DNA of 64,000 bases from an uncultured virus (IMG/VR IMGVR_UViG_3300007511_001544) (IMGVR_UViG_3300007511_001544:1-64000); one strand, 5' to 3'; positions 29,275 through 39,827 are shown, counted from the stretch's first letter. Notes: generated by a model from the sequence alone, not told the origin. Made by a program: numbers and translations.

Positions 29275-30764
29275 GGGGCTTCTTCATCTACCCTAAACTT
29301 AAATACTTCGGGTTGTTCTCTGTATTTACCCTCAAGGTAATATACAAATTGTAAACCATAAGCATAGCCGGGCTCCAACCACTGCGTGTCTATTTCGAAA
29401 TAATTTCCACTAACATCATACGACATTTTTGTCTCATTGAACGACCCTGTACCATAAGAGACTATTTCCATACTGTCAACAACCCTAAACAATTTCCAGT
29501 ATGCATCTTCGATAATTTCAGAAGGCGGTGCCGAATTAGCTACGCTATAAATGTTCGGATTCCAATTTTTCTCTCGTGCGTAAACTCGAAATGTTGGTTT
29601 TTGACCCTTAACGTAGGAACTTTGAAGATTTGTTATGTCCGAAATATATTGTTTCTCATATTGCAGAAAACTTGCTGTTAAACCTGTTAAATCTATTGAC
29701 CCCGTGAAATATTCTGTTGATCCAGAGTGCCACATATCATGAACAGTTTCTAAAGAACCAGTAATAACAAACGAACAACTGTAAATACCAGTGTGCGCTG
29801 CGCCATTTTCAACCAAAATACCGCCCGTTATTTCTTGTTGTACAGCCCCGGCTGAATCTAAAACGTGTAGTCTGTGTCCTGCTGGCAAGTTGTCATTACT
29901 ACTACTAAAAAAGCTGACATATATTTTTTGTTCTGTGCCAACAAGGCTGGGGATGTTTTTTAACTGTCCACGGATTCTGTTATAGAGGTAAATAGTGTTT
30001 ACATTATCAGAGGATGGAGCTAACGCACTAGAAATAAAGCACTGCCCTCTGTGGTCTTTTCTTGATGAGTCCCAACTGGCTTCGATATAAGGTCTCTTGT
30101 GGAAATAGTCGCTTGTTCTTCCAAAAAACTTTTTCGTATAAAAAGATCCTGAACTACCCGAAATTACCGAATCTTCGTGTCTTAATATAAGTCCGTAATT
30201 TGAAGCGGTGCCGATGCCATCAGTTCGCCACAAATCGACAGCGAACGATACATCCATATCAATATCTTCTAAACCACCAGAAAAGTAGACACTGGAAGAG
30301 TAGCTGCTACTATTGATATAATAATCTCCGCCTGCTACTAGCCAGGCTGTTCCGTCGGCCCCAGAAACCCAGTTACTAACTCCAGCATCAGTATAATTAT
30401 CCATATCAAGTCCACGACCTTCTGTCCAAGACTTGCTCATCATTGATACCTTTAATGTGTAAGCATAAGGAACACTTTCGGCATGAGGGGCATTAAACAT
30501 CTTCAGTCTATATTGGACACTGGATGACGGAATGGTGCCGTCAGATATGTCTGATACAATAGAATCAATAGGAAATTGAACTAATATTCTTGCCTGTTCG
30601 GCGTTAGTTGCATTAATAGAAGCAGAAGTCTGCCCATGAATAACGAATGTTTCTAATATATCGGACGCCCCCATGTTAGAGCCCGTACCACGAGTCAAGA
30701 GATTTTCCTCAAAAGCATTGGTAATAGTGTTATCTTTGGTGGCGTAATATCTTTTAATTCCCAT
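29271..30764 (-). CDS. Baseplate-associated protein with DNRLRE/CBM96-like domain
   Basis: ATKDNTI, ARILVQF, W.EG.G, W..AGGD, NYGLIL, FFGR..RPYIEASWD pattern; adjacent to gp6-like gene. Confidence 0.6.
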   Translation of the reverse strand: MGIKRYYATKDNTITNAFEENLLTRGTGSNMGASDILETFVIHGQTSASINATNAEQARILVQFPIDSIVSDISDGTIPSSSVQYRLKMFNAPHAESVPYAYTLKVSMMSKSWTEGRGLDMDNYTDAGVSNWVSGADGTAWLVAGGDYYINSSSYSSSVYFSGGLEDIDMDVSFAVDLWRTDGIGTASNYGLILRHEDSVISGSSGSFYTKKFFGRTSDYFHKRPYIEASWDSSRKDHRGQCFISSALAPSSDNVNTIYLYNRIRGQLKNIPSLVGTEQKIYVSFFSSSNDNLPAGHRLHVLDSAGAVQQEITGGILVENGAAHTGIYSCSFVITGSLETVHDMWHSGSTEYFTGSIDLTGLTASFLQYEKQYISDITNLQSSYVKGQKPTFRVYAREKNWNPNIYSVANSAPPSEIIEDAYWKLFRVVDSMEIVSYGTGSFNETKMSYDVSGNYFEIDTQWLEPGYAYGLQFVYYLEGKYREQPEVFKFRVDEEAP

Positions 30765-32557
30765 TATCTAACAACTCCCGTAATATCATTTTCTGGATTA
30801 AGAACGTCTGCTACCGCATTCTGAGGTATTATCAGAAATCTGCCGTCATCTGAAAGGTTTTTTTCCATGTCATACCTAAAGTCGCTATACCCTCCGCCAA
30901 CTTTGTTTGTCAGTTTTACCGAGACCGTATCGACAACCCCTCCAACATCATTTAGGTGCTTGTATATGTCTGTCAAAAATACTGGTTCGCCCATCTGCTT
31001 TTTAACGTTAAATAACTTATCTATCAACCTTCGTGTGCAGGCATTTAACACTTCAAATTTATTGGAGTTCAGATCTACAATAATCTCAAAACTAACCCCA
31101 AAATTTATTATCTTTCCATCTAAAATATCAACCGTATCATTTATCATGCGATATCTATCTAGCCACACTTTAAGGTTATTTTTTAACTGAGGTGTAGCCT
31201 GGGTAAAGTCCCCATTCGTATTTTCCGAAAGAACATACATGTTTAAGTTTCTTTTTGTTGACCTGGGGTCTTGTGTTATGTTTGCTCGTTTAACTTTGCC
31301 AAATCCTGACGGCATACGATAAGATAAAGCAATGTAGTCTGTTCTTGTTACTGCCCTATTTTGGGAAGCAAAAGTTGCATAAGCACGAGTCTTTATCTCT
31401 TCGGCTGTTGGGTCCGAAGTGTCCCCAAGAAGTGGCAAAACATTCTCAACTTCCAAAGAAGCCTCAACATCAGTAACTTTTTCTCTGGTTAGGTCGTTCC
31501 TGTTTGCAAAAGTAAACAAAGGCAAAACAACACTATTAACGGTTCCAACAGGGGCACTAACGTTGTCTGTGCTGTTTGCTCTGTATTTTATAGTTAGTGT
31601 TGTGTTTTCAGGCACAACTCCAAATTTATCTGACTTAATTAAGTTTGTTGGATCAAAAGTTGTGTCGGAGATATATTCTCTCCCTGTGACATCCAAAACA
31701 ACATCGGCAGGATCTGCCACTAAATCACCAGTTAAATTATCGGAAGACCCGTACCCAAATTGGATAAAAGTATTTCCGTCAGCATCAAATTCGGTAACAA
31801 ACCTTCTGGGAACTGGTCTTGTTTTCATTATAAAAGGAACTAAATCTCTATTTGTTCCTCTGTTTGGTTCTTTTACCATGACAACATCTTGTGTTAGATA
31901 ATCTACTTGATAATATTCATTTCCTTGAGTATCTACTATTGAGATGACTTCTGTGAGATTTGAAGCTTTCATTCTTAGTCGAAGAAATCTTTGATAATTT
32001 TCCACCTCTATATCTTCTAGAAGAATTTGCCCCGAGGCAACAATCCCTTGCCCCTTTATTGCAAAAAAGGTAGGCACACCAGTATCTGAATCTACTCTTG
32101 CTACTGTGATTTCATTATTAGCCGCAGTAAAATCTACGTCCTGAAGTAAAGTAAAAACTCCGCCGCCATCTCCTGAAATAATAGTTCCTCTCTTTAATAT
32201 CGGAATGTAGTCAGTGTCAGGTCCGCCAACAGTGGTTGACGCTGGGACTATAACATAAAAATTACAAGGACCTGTGGAAGAAGGAGTTCCTGTCTGGCGG
32301 TATCCTAGTTGTTTTGCTAATCTGTTAACATTTTCAATTTCCATCGCAGTGTCAAGAAAGCTTTCGTTTGCCTGATAGTCCGTATAGAACGAAAGTTGGT
32401 CGCCGACGTAGGAGACAAGATCAAGCATCATGGCACCAAAAGATGCCTCATTAAAATCTTGATATGTGTTGGCATAATAACGTTTTGCGTAGTTTACTAA
32501 CGAGTTTTTGATGCTCTCAAAATCTCGGCTCGTATATGAGATTGGTCGTTTGGACAT
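30764..32557 (-). CDS. Baseplate wedge protein (T4 gp6 / baseplate J-like)
   Basis: SYTSRDFESIKNSL, DFNEAS.G, YVGDQLSFYTD, IQFGYG, QNRAVTRTDY motifs. Confidence 0.9.
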   Translation of the reverse strand: MSKRPISYTSRDFESIKNSLVNYAKRYYANTYQDFNEASFGAMMLDLVSYVGDQLSFYTDYQANESFLDTAMEIENVNRLAKQLGYRQTGTPSSTGPCNFYVIVPASTTVGGPDTDYIPILKRGTIISGDGGGVFTLLQDVDFTAANNEITVARVDSDTGVPTFFAIKGQGIVASGQILLEDIEVENYQRFLRLRMKASNLTEVISIVDTQGNEYYQVDYLTQDVVMVKEPNRGTNRDLVPFIMKTRPVPRRFVTEFDADGNTFIQFGYGSSDNLTGDLVADPADVVLDVTGREYISDTTFDPTNLIKSDKFGVVPENTTLTIKYRANSTDNVSAPVGTVNSVVLPLFTFANRNDLTREKVTDVEASLEVENVLPLLGDTSDPTAEEIKTRAYATFASQNRAVTRTDYIALSYRMPSGFGKVKRANITQDPRSTKRNLNMYVLSENTNGDFTQATPQLKNNLKVWLDRYRMINDTVDILDGKIINFGVSFEIIVDLNSNKFEVLNACTRRLIDKLFNVKKQMGEPVFLTDIYKHLNDVGGVVDTVSVKLTNKVGGGYSDFRYDMEKNLSDDGRFLIIPQNAVADVLNPENDITGVVR

Positions 32558-32583
32558 TTTTATTCCTCAGATTGCTTCAATAA

Positions 32584-32988
32584 TTAGTCATTCGCCTGAG
32601 TTATTATCAAGGTATCATTCTCATCAATAGAGCCAATGTTGTATTGCAGTATCATACGAACACCATTTGCGGTTAAATCTGGATCGTCGTTCGAAGTTAT
32701 AACATTGAAATTAACCACATTAACGAAAGGCATATATCTTGCTATTTGTGACATGATTCTTGCCCTGGCTTCAGAAAATGTGTTAGAATTATAAGGCTCA
32801 AAAAACAGTTCTCTGATCCCTGCACCAAAATCTGGTATCATTATTCTTTCGCCGGGAGAAGTTAGAATAAGATTTTTTAGATTTTGTTTAACAACATCTT
32901 TCAGCGTCTTGTTTAGGCGGTAAGGCCCATCTACTGAATCATACTCAAGCGGAAGTGCAACCGATATTCCATACATTTTGTTTGCCAT
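32584..32988 (-). CDS. Baseplate wedge protein (T4 gp25 / GPW-like)
   Basis: QNLKNLILTSPGERIMIPDFGAGI..LFFEP signature; immediately upstream of gp6-like gene. Confidence 0.9.
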   Translation of the reverse strand: MANKMYGISVALPLEYDSVDGPYRLNKTLKDVVKQNLKNLILTSPGERIMIPDFGAGIRELFFEPYNSNTFSEARARIMSQIARYMPFVNVVNFNVITSNDDPDLTANGVRMILQYNIGSIDENDTLIITQAND

Positions 32989-32989
32989 T

Positions 32990-35900
32990 TTATGTTCTTC
33001 CCTCTATAGCTAGTCGTAACTGTTCTATAAGTGACTCAATTCGCTGCCGCTTGTTCACATCCCAAGTGCCGTATTCCTCTACCATTATATTTAATTGATC
33101 TAATTGTCTTGTTTTTAGCGATATATTTGCTAATATACCTATGATGTTGCTGTCAGATTCAGCAACTCTCTGCCTTGATCTTATAGCATATTCCGAATTG
33201 CTTGACAGGCGGCGGGTTGGCGGTGTTCTCTCGAAGGTTCCCCAGAATTTTTCAATAGCGGCAATGAGATTCTGATAATATATAAGGTCGCCGGTATCTC
33301 TCATGCCGCCTGATTGCGCCATAAATCCTTGCTCCATCAAGGAGACGAATGCCCATAGTTTTCTGTTTCCTTCGACAGCTTGTGTTCGATTAATAAGCCT
33401 ACCTTGGTGGTATGCTTCCCCAACTCTAAAGTCTGCGCTAGTAATACTGTCTGCTCCTCTAACTTTCAAATCCGTTTCGGGATTATATTCACTATTACCT
33501 CCTGCGCCTCCATAATTAGAAATATTTAAAGAGGTGTTTTGGTTAATAATGCGAATAATTTGTTGCAACTTTCCACGCATAGCCTCTCTGTTGCTTATCC
33601 TAAATCGATCATAAGGTGCGCCGCCTTTTGCTTCCTCGGCTTGATTTAAATAAGAGCCCATACTCTCAAGCCTTCGCTGAAGATTAAGCTTCAAATTCTT
33701 TAGTGTTAGAGTTTTATCTCTAACTTGAGTTAGGTATCTGTGCCTGGCTTGGAGTTCGTCTAAGCTTCTATATGTTCTTCCGCCAATAGTAACAGGATAA
33801 GGTGATGGTCCAGGCGGCGGCATTTCACGAGCTTCTGGCTCGACGTCAGAGGGGGGCGGCAAACGTCGGGGAGGCGGTGGAGGCGGTGCGGGATCTTCTT
33901 GTGGCGGCGGCAACCGTGGCGGTGGTGGAGGCGGTGGGGGCGGGGGCTGCTGGCGGCCGCCTTGTTGTTCTTGTTGTTGTTCGTCTTCTCTTTGCTGTTG
34001 TTGCTGCTCTTGTTGTTGCTCTTGTTGTTCTCTCTGTTCTGGTTGGTTTTGTTGCTCTTGTTGCTCTTGCTCTTGTTGCTCTTGTTGCTCTCCCTCTTGG
34101 CGAGCAACTCTTTGCCGGTCTCGTATATCTTGCTGTTCTCGTTCAGCTTGTTGGCGCTGTTGTTCTTGGTTTTGCCGGCGCTCACTTTCTTTCCAGGGTT
34201 TCATTATAGCATCGTTTTGGTCTGCCTCGATATTCCTCGAACCGGCTAGAACACTGTCTGATCTTTTAAGTTCCTTCTTTAAATCATAGTCAGTGTATTC
34301 GGAAGACAACGCAGGAGGAAAATATTCTGGATCTAGGGATTGCATTGCTTGAATGTCAGCCATTCGAACTTTTGTCCTTTCTTGGAACGCTAGATTGGGG
34401 GTGTTTTGGGTAATGTTTACAACCTTATCAATATAGATGTACTGGAGACCGACAAGTAGCGGTATCGGCATATAAGCTAAATACCTTTCGTTTATAAAAT
34501 CTTCGTCAGACATGTTTCTGACATCTTCTAGTCTATTAAACCCAAGTTGTTCACGGTTCCCTCCACCCAAAGTGAGCCAACCACCAAGAGAAATGTGGTC
34601 GCCCTGGTTCTCTCTTGTATACCCTTTTTTCAGATATCTTGCCAAAAGCTTATATCTATCTCCAAAGCCAGAAAGAGGTCCCCCAAGTTCTTCCCCCGCA
34701 TTATCCTCGACGATTTTAAAATAATTTCTCTTGGTTGTTACATATCCTTGAAATTCTAGGTCATCTCCATCTAATGTTTCTGTTATGGCTGATCCAGCAG
34801 AAACATTCAGAAGCATTCTTTTTAACATCTGCCTAATGATATAATGAAACATCCCAGGCAAGTCTGTTCCGGTGTCTTGTTCAGACAAATTATCAAATCT
34901 AAACTCAACTTTGTCATCTTCTGTATCTTCTTTGAGCGGCAATGGGTTTCCGGCATCATCTGTTTCGTTCCCATATAGGGTGCATGTTTTAGATATTATC
35001 TCAACCCCTTCCCATATTTTTTGCATAGAGATTGACCCTTGACTGTCTTTTTCATACAGGTCGTTTAAGATCTTATTACTTAAATAAGATCCTAACATAT
35101 TAATCGTATCCGGCGTCATCAAACTATAACCGTTATTAAACCACGGCAACCCGTTCATTATGAACGATATAAGTCTTACCTGAAACATGTTGAGGACTGT
35201 TCTGGCTTTAAATTCTTCTGTTGGTAAATTGCAAGGGTCTGAGTTGGGGCCAAAAACAGGCACAGAAGCTCGGATCAAAGTGTCCGTTAGTCTTCTTTGA
35301 AGGTCTCGTCTTTGTGATCCGTATGTAACCTTGACAACAGTATCAGGTATGTTATAATAATTATTTACAGTCGGATAAGCGAGCGCATGGACATCCACCC
35401 AAGCCTTGTCTGATGGGTTTCGCCCTTCTCCAAGGTTATATCTTTGAGCAATTTGTCTGGCTCCGCCGAGTGCTCCGCCTCTACCACCAATCGGCATTTC
35501 TTGTTCTCCCCGTTCTGGGGCGTAGCCCATATAAAGAAGTGCTTTAATATATCTGTTGAGCCTGGTGCGCTGGGCTGTGTCAAAATGAGATGGGTCAACT
35601 CTCGAAAGATGGTTTTTAATTGAATAGTTTGCCAACTGAGATTCTGGGAGATTATCCTCAGCTAGGTGAAACTCTGCCAAAACTCGCTCTGGCTCATATA
35701 AAGGTGGGAATTTAAGCTGATTTATTCGCCGCTGCGACATACCTCCCTGCCGCAACAAGCGTTCTTGCCCTTCGGTCATGGGACCTCGGACGCCGACTGT
35801 GCGATTAAAAACCACCTTACATGTTCCTCTAGGAGAACCAGATAAACTGGGGTCGCCTGGAATATATACAAGCTCTACTTCTCCACGAGCGACGTTGTAT

Positions 35901-38900
35901 TTAGCATCTTGGGTTCCCACTACCCATCTAGGTGATCTTACTTGATTCTCTCTATCGCTTCGCTCGACCATTCTTACCGTGCTGGCTAATTGTAGTCCGG
36001 GGTCATCGTTACTGCCGCCACCCCAGAAACGATAAAAATATCTTCCTACTTCCGTATCTTCTGGACGGACTGGGTTGATTTGATTATTTGCATCTAATTC
36101 TGCCTCGTCGTCTTCAGCCTGCGACTTAATCCGAATGCCGTATTTTACTGCTCCCTCTGCTTGCATACGAAGAACATTTTGCATCAAACCTCGAATCATA
36201 CCCAATAATTTAAGGAAAAACGCAGGAAACGGAATTAGGTCCCAAAAATTTTGCACATCTGCTATAAAATCAAAATCGCTGGCGTTCAGGTCGCACAAAG
36301 AGGTAATTCTTCTCGTATCGCTATCAATCTGTCCCCTTATTTGTTTTAATATTTGTTTTTTTGATAACCCGCCAGCAACAACAGCATCGTCGTCTTCGCC
36401 CTCACTCAAAGAATCAATATCTACAGCGGCTCCTAGTCCATACCCTAGAATATCTCCCCTTTCACAAAGGTCCAATTTTGGATCTAGTTGTTCTTCAAGT
36501 CCAAGAACAACTTCTGCGCCGAGAAGCTGCCCCAGTCTTTTAAAGTACTTCCTTATGTTCCTTCTGTCTAAATTAAGACTTCCATATCTTGTATCTCCCG
36601 CTCTTGCGGACTCCTGAAATTCCCCTACAATCGCCTTGGCGAACTTAGCTTTTATTTGGTTGTTTTCTATTTGCCTTCTTAAAGAAGTATCAATAGAATT
36701 TAAATCAATGGGTCCCATATTGAACGTTCGATACAACAAATTGATAGTTTCCGACGGGGCTGTACCCTGAAGTAGTGCTGTCAAATCTATATCTACTAGA
36801 ACCTCGGAAGCGTCGTCATTCAATTGTCGTAATTGCTCTTCTGTCGCAGGGCTTATTTTTAGATTATCTTCTCTGTATAGGGTGTTGTATAAATTTAATT
36901 CGGCAGCCATTTCCTCTAAATCAATCCCCTTATAGTCAACGAGTTCATTAATGTTTATCGCATTATATCGAGAAGGGGCGAAGTTCGCAGCAGAAGCTCC
37001 ACTTCTTTTTTTAGGACCTTTTGAAGAATCAACTACTGTCTGTCCGCCGCAGCCAGCAGAAGCGAGTAAAAGCTCTTTAAATGCTGATAATATTAGCTGT
37101 TTTATAAATTCCAAAACCAGCATCTTGATCATCTCTCGCCATATTTTAGCAAGATCTGGTATTGAAATTGATGTAAAATTTATGCCACGAGGAGGTGTTA
37201 GTCCGGCTTTCACAAGTTTTGTCACTTCAGGAGGTACGCCGCCAGGGTCTAAAACTTCGTTTTCCAAAATATCACCCAATAAACCAAAGAGGCACATTAT
37301 CTCTTGGTTTATTTGAGATTCTATTTGTTTCCAAAGAAGATCTGGGTTATCAGTATACCCTGCGCCGAGAAGCAACAACTGTTCTTGTTGTTTGCTTATC
37401 ATAATATCTTCTTTAATCAACCTTAAAACTGTCGCCACCAACTCTTTAAAGGAGCATTTACCACCCATAAGTTGAAACAAAAGAAATGCGTCATTTAAAT
37501 ACTTTGCCAAAGGCGACTCACAGCCAGCATTATTTAAGACCCCAATGTAGCCGCCCATAAATTGCTTTCCTCGTGCAAGCCTTTTATCAAATTCTTTTTG
37601 AACTTCAGACTCTGTCTTGAACGAGGGGTTTTCATTTTCTGGTGGAGCAGATCTGCCAAAACTATTTGACCCCAGGGCAGCACCAGTTGGTTCAGAGGGG
37701 TATTTATTTTCTTCTAAGTTTTTTTCTTTTTTGGCAGCAATTTCAGTAGGTCTTATAATCGGACTTGGGTAAATAAATCGTGTAACAAACTCGGTTGCCG
37801 GGGGTCTCTCGCTTTTTCTCATTCTCCTGATTTGAGTGATTTTTTCCCCGAAGAAGACAAGGGCAAATGTTACCGACCACACACCTTCAAACTCTGGGTC
37901 TGGTAAAATATCGATACTTCCGTCGTCATACATTTCGTGCGAGACTTTATGTACTGCGCCATTATAATAAATCAACTGTAGGGTAAACTCTTCAGTTAAA
38001 AGAAACTCTATCCGATCACTGTCGCTAATGGTTATATTTCTATTCTGTGTCCATGTCTCTATCTTATTGTAGAAGGTATTAATATGTTCTGCTTCTTCTA
38101 ATAGATTAACACCCTCCATCATCGAAGGAGTAATGCCATCGTTTGCCAACTCGGCGTATGTTGCTTCTAACATCTTAGAAATGTTTCTTAAATTTGTTTT
38201 AAGCTTTGATATAGTAAAAGGCGCACGTCGTGCGGGCACTTCTAAATTCATAATCGCTTTGGACACAACAAGGGGGTCTGGCTCATCTTCCTCTTTTCCT
38301 ATTGAGCCGTCGTCGTCGAATCGCCGAAGGATCCAATCGTCTATCCTTGTAGAAATCAACCAAACATCAGTACCAGCGGGTATCGGCTGTGGTCTACCTG
38401 GGTGTCCGTAGTGGCTGGCGAAAAATATTTCAACCGAAGAGTCGTCAGTATTGTGTTCTCTTATTATTTGATTATAATTGTCCTCAGAATATTTGTCTGC
38501 TGCTTTTAGTATCTCCTCTGTTGAAATTTTCATCCACTCATAAGCATTGCCACCAGTTATTACACCCGCATCGTCATCTTCTTGATTGGCTATGTCAAAT
38601 GCTTGGGGATTCCTTGCCATTGTGGTTGCCACGCAATACCATGACTTATCTGAAGAATTATAATATACTTTTCTCGGTATTTTCTTTAACTGACTGGGTA
38701 GTTGCCAAACCATGTTGTTTGTGGTCATTAAAGCCTCTAGAGCGGTGGCTGGAGGCTTTATCTGCGGACAATTACCCCAGGGAGAATTTAGGTCAACTCC
38801 ACGGTCGGCTGATCTAACTGATGGTGTTGGTGCCTCTAATAAAGTTGCGCCTCCACCCGAATTAGGTCCCGGCGGAATCTCTGACGCAATATCATACTCT

Positions 38901-39817
38901 TTTTTTCTTACCTTGCTAACGGTTGGCGTTACCGAGGGCATCCTAGAAACAGCCACCGAGCTTGGCAATGTTACTATATCGCCAGGATATATCCAATGAC
39001 CATTTTCTGATCTTTTTCGCCCTTGATCGTCTGTTGGGGCTCCAATTATGTATGAATTTTGTGGTATTTCCAAAATTTTAGCAACGGTAGTGTCATGGCG
39101 GGTTGCTATCCTTGATAGCCAATCACCCTTCTTAACAACATATTTGCCTACGGGAAGTGGGGTTGACAGCGATCCTCTGTCGTTTGCTTCCGGTGTTTGA
39201 TTCGATGGCTTTTGAGCGTCATCTGTTGTAACAGTTTCTAATGCTGTTTTGTTTTCTGGGGACTCTCTCTTGACATCTTTTACTACTTTTTTTAATGTTT
39301 GTGCTTTTTCTATAGAACTCAAAGGAACAAGTGCAATAATATATCCACCTATTCTTGGGTTATCTTTTCCGTTGGGAGTTCCGGATGCTGTCATTACAAC
39401 TTTGGCGTTTTGTGGATATAGAGCGGCATAGGCCAACAGATCGTTAATTGTAATAAATGAATTATCAGCGTTAAGTCCATTGTTTTCGTTCCAAAGCCTT
39501 TCGATGACCCTGTTTCCCATCGGAGGAAAATCTTTTCCTTTTTTAAACGTTTCGTGAAGCCAGCCAATGAACCACTTATTTCTTTTACTGCTATAGTCGT
39601 AATCTAAACCACGCCGTTCTCCTTCAGTTGTTTTACCCCAGTTTTGGGGCACACCTCTCCATTCAAGCACAGCATCACGAATTGTCCCCGCTTCGTAGCC
39701 AAAGAGCGTTTTTTTTCTATACGGTCGGGGGCCCCTTCTGGCTTGGGGGACCGCAGAAGTGTATCGTTCTGGGTTAGGATTTACAATGTCTCTTTTGTCT
39801 TGCTTGTTTTCAGCCAT
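32990..39817 (-). CDS. Very large LysM-containing baseplate/tail-associated protein
   Basis: 2275 aa; LysM YVVKKGDWLSRIATRHDTTVAKIL...IYPGDIVTLP (~38964-39147); Gln/Glu-rich then poly-Pro segment near the C-terminus; lies between spike and gp25. Confidence 0.65.
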   Translation of the reverse strand: MAENKQDKRDIVNPNPERYTSAVPQARRGPRPYRKKTLFGYEAGTIRDAVLEWRGVPQNWGKTTEGERRGLDYDYSSKRNKWFIGWLHETFKKGKDFPPMGNRVIERLWNENNGLNADNSFITINDLLAYAALYPQNAKVVMTASGTPNGKDNPRIGGYIIALVPLSSIEKAQTLKKVVKDVKRESPENKTALETVTTDDAQKPSNQTPEANDRGSLSTPLPVGKYVVKKGDWLSRIATRHDTTVAKILEIPQNSYIIGAPTDDQGRKRSENGHWIYPGDIVTLPSSVAVSRMPSVTPTVSKVRKKEYDIASEIPPGPNSGGGATLLEAPTPSVRSADRGVDLNSPWGNCPQIKPPATALEALMTTNNMVWQLPSQLKKIPRKVYYNSSDKSWYCVATTMARNPQAFDIANQEDDDAGVITGGNAYEWMKISTEEILKAADKYSEDNYNQIIREHNTDDSSVEIFFASHYGHPGRPQPIPAGTDVWLISTRIDDWILRRFDDDGSIGKEEDEPDPLVVSKAIMNLEVPARRAPFTISKLKTNLRNISKMLEATYAELANDGITPSMMEGVNLLEEAEHINTFYNKIETWTQNRNITISDSDRIEFLLTEEFTLQLIYYNGAVHKVSHEMYDDGSIDILPDPEFEGVWSVTFALVFFGEKITQIRRMRKSERPPATEFVTRFIYPSPIIRPTEIAAKKEKNLEENKYPSEPTGAALGSNSFGRSAPPENENPSFKTESEVQKEFDKRLARGKQFMGGYIGVLNNAGCESPLAKYLNDAFLLFQLMGGKCSFKELVATVLRLIKEDIMISKQQEQLLLLGAGYTDNPDLLWKQIESQINQEIMCLFGLLGDILENEVLDPGGVPPEVTKLVKAGLTPPRGINFTSISIPDLAKIWREMIKMLVLEFIKQLILSAFKELLLASAGCGGQTVVDSSKGPKKRSGASAANFAPSRYNAININELVDYKGIDLEEMAAELNLYNTLYREDNLKISPATEEQLRQLNDDASEVLVDIDLTALLQGTAPSETINLLYRTFNMGPIDLNSIDTSLRRQIENNQIKAKFAKAIVGEFQESARAGDTRYGSLNLDRRNIRKYFKRLGQLLGAEVVLGLEEQLDPKLDLCERGDILGYGLGAAVDIDSLSEGEDDDAVVAGGLSKKQILKQIRGQIDSDTRRITSLCDLNASDFDFIADVQNFWDLIPFPAFFLKLLGMIRGLMQNVLRMQAEGAVKYGIRIKSQAEDDEAELDANNQINPVRPEDTEVGRYFYRFWGGGSNDDPGLQLASTVRMVERSDRENQVRSPRWVVGTQDAKYNVARGEVELVYIPGDPSLSGSPRGTCKVVFNRTVGVRGPMTEGQERLLRQGGMSQRRINQLKFPPLYEPERVLAEFHLAEDNLPESQLANYSIKNHLSRVDPSHFDTAQRTRLNRYIKALLYMGYAPERGEQEMPIGGRGGALGGARQIAQRYNLGEGRNPSDKAWVDVHALAYPTVNNYYNIPDTVVKVTYGSQRRDLQRRLTDTLIRASVPVFGPNSDPCNLPTEEFKARTVLNMFQVRLISFIMNGLPWFNNGYSLMTPDTINMLGSYLSNKILNDLYEKDSQGSISMQKIWEGVEIISKTCTLYGNETDDAGNPLPLKEDTEDDKVEFRFDNLSEQDTGTDLPGMFHYIIRQMLKRMLLNVSAGSAITETLDGDDLEFQGYVTTKRNYFKIVEDNAGEELGGPLSGFGDRYKLLARYLKKGYTRENQGDHISLGGWLTLGGGNREQLGFNRLEDVRNMSDEDFINERYLAYMPIPLLVGLQYIYIDKVVNITQNTPNLAFQERTKVRMADIQAMQSLDPEYFPPALSSEYTDYDLKKELKRSDSVLAGSRNIEADQNDAIMKPWKESERRQNQEQQRQQAEREQQDIRDRQRVARQEGEQQEQQEQEQQEQQNQPEQREQQEQQQEQQQQQREDEQQQEQQGGRQQPPPPPPPPPPRLPPPQEDPAPPPPPPRRLPPPSDVEPEAREMPPPGPSPYPVTIGGRTYRSLDELQARHRYLTQVRDKTLTLKNLKLNLQRRLESMGSYLNQAEEAKGGAPYDRFRISNREAMRGKLQQIIRIINQNTSLNISNYGGAGGNSEYNPETDLKVRGADSITSADFRVGEAYHQGRLINRTQAVEGNRKLWAFVSLMEQGFMAQSGGMRDTGDLIYYQNLIAAIEKFWGTFERTPPTRRLSSNSEYAIRSRQRVAESDSNIIGILANISLKTRQLDQLNIMVEEYGTWDVNKRQRIESLIEQLRLAIEGRT
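33800..34190. repeat. Low-complexity Gln/Glu-rich and poly-Pro coding tract
   Basis: Imperfect TTGTTGCTC/TTGCTC repeats then GGCGGT/GGAGGC runs on the + strand; encodes EQQEQQ...QQPPPPPPPPPPRLPPP. Confidence 0.85.
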
Positions 39818-39827
39818 AAGATAAATA
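39818..39827 (-). promoter_or_regulatory. Putative late promoter TATTTA, 4 nt before ATG
   Basis: Minus strand TATTTA-TCTT-ATG; no SD. Confidence 0.55.

Noticed and set aside
33760..34249. Leu-rich, Val/Ala-rich and Asn/Lys-rich ORFs that look like membrane or repeat proteins
   Set aside because: They are alternate-frame readings of the Gln/Glu/Pro low-complexity tract in the 2275-aa gene
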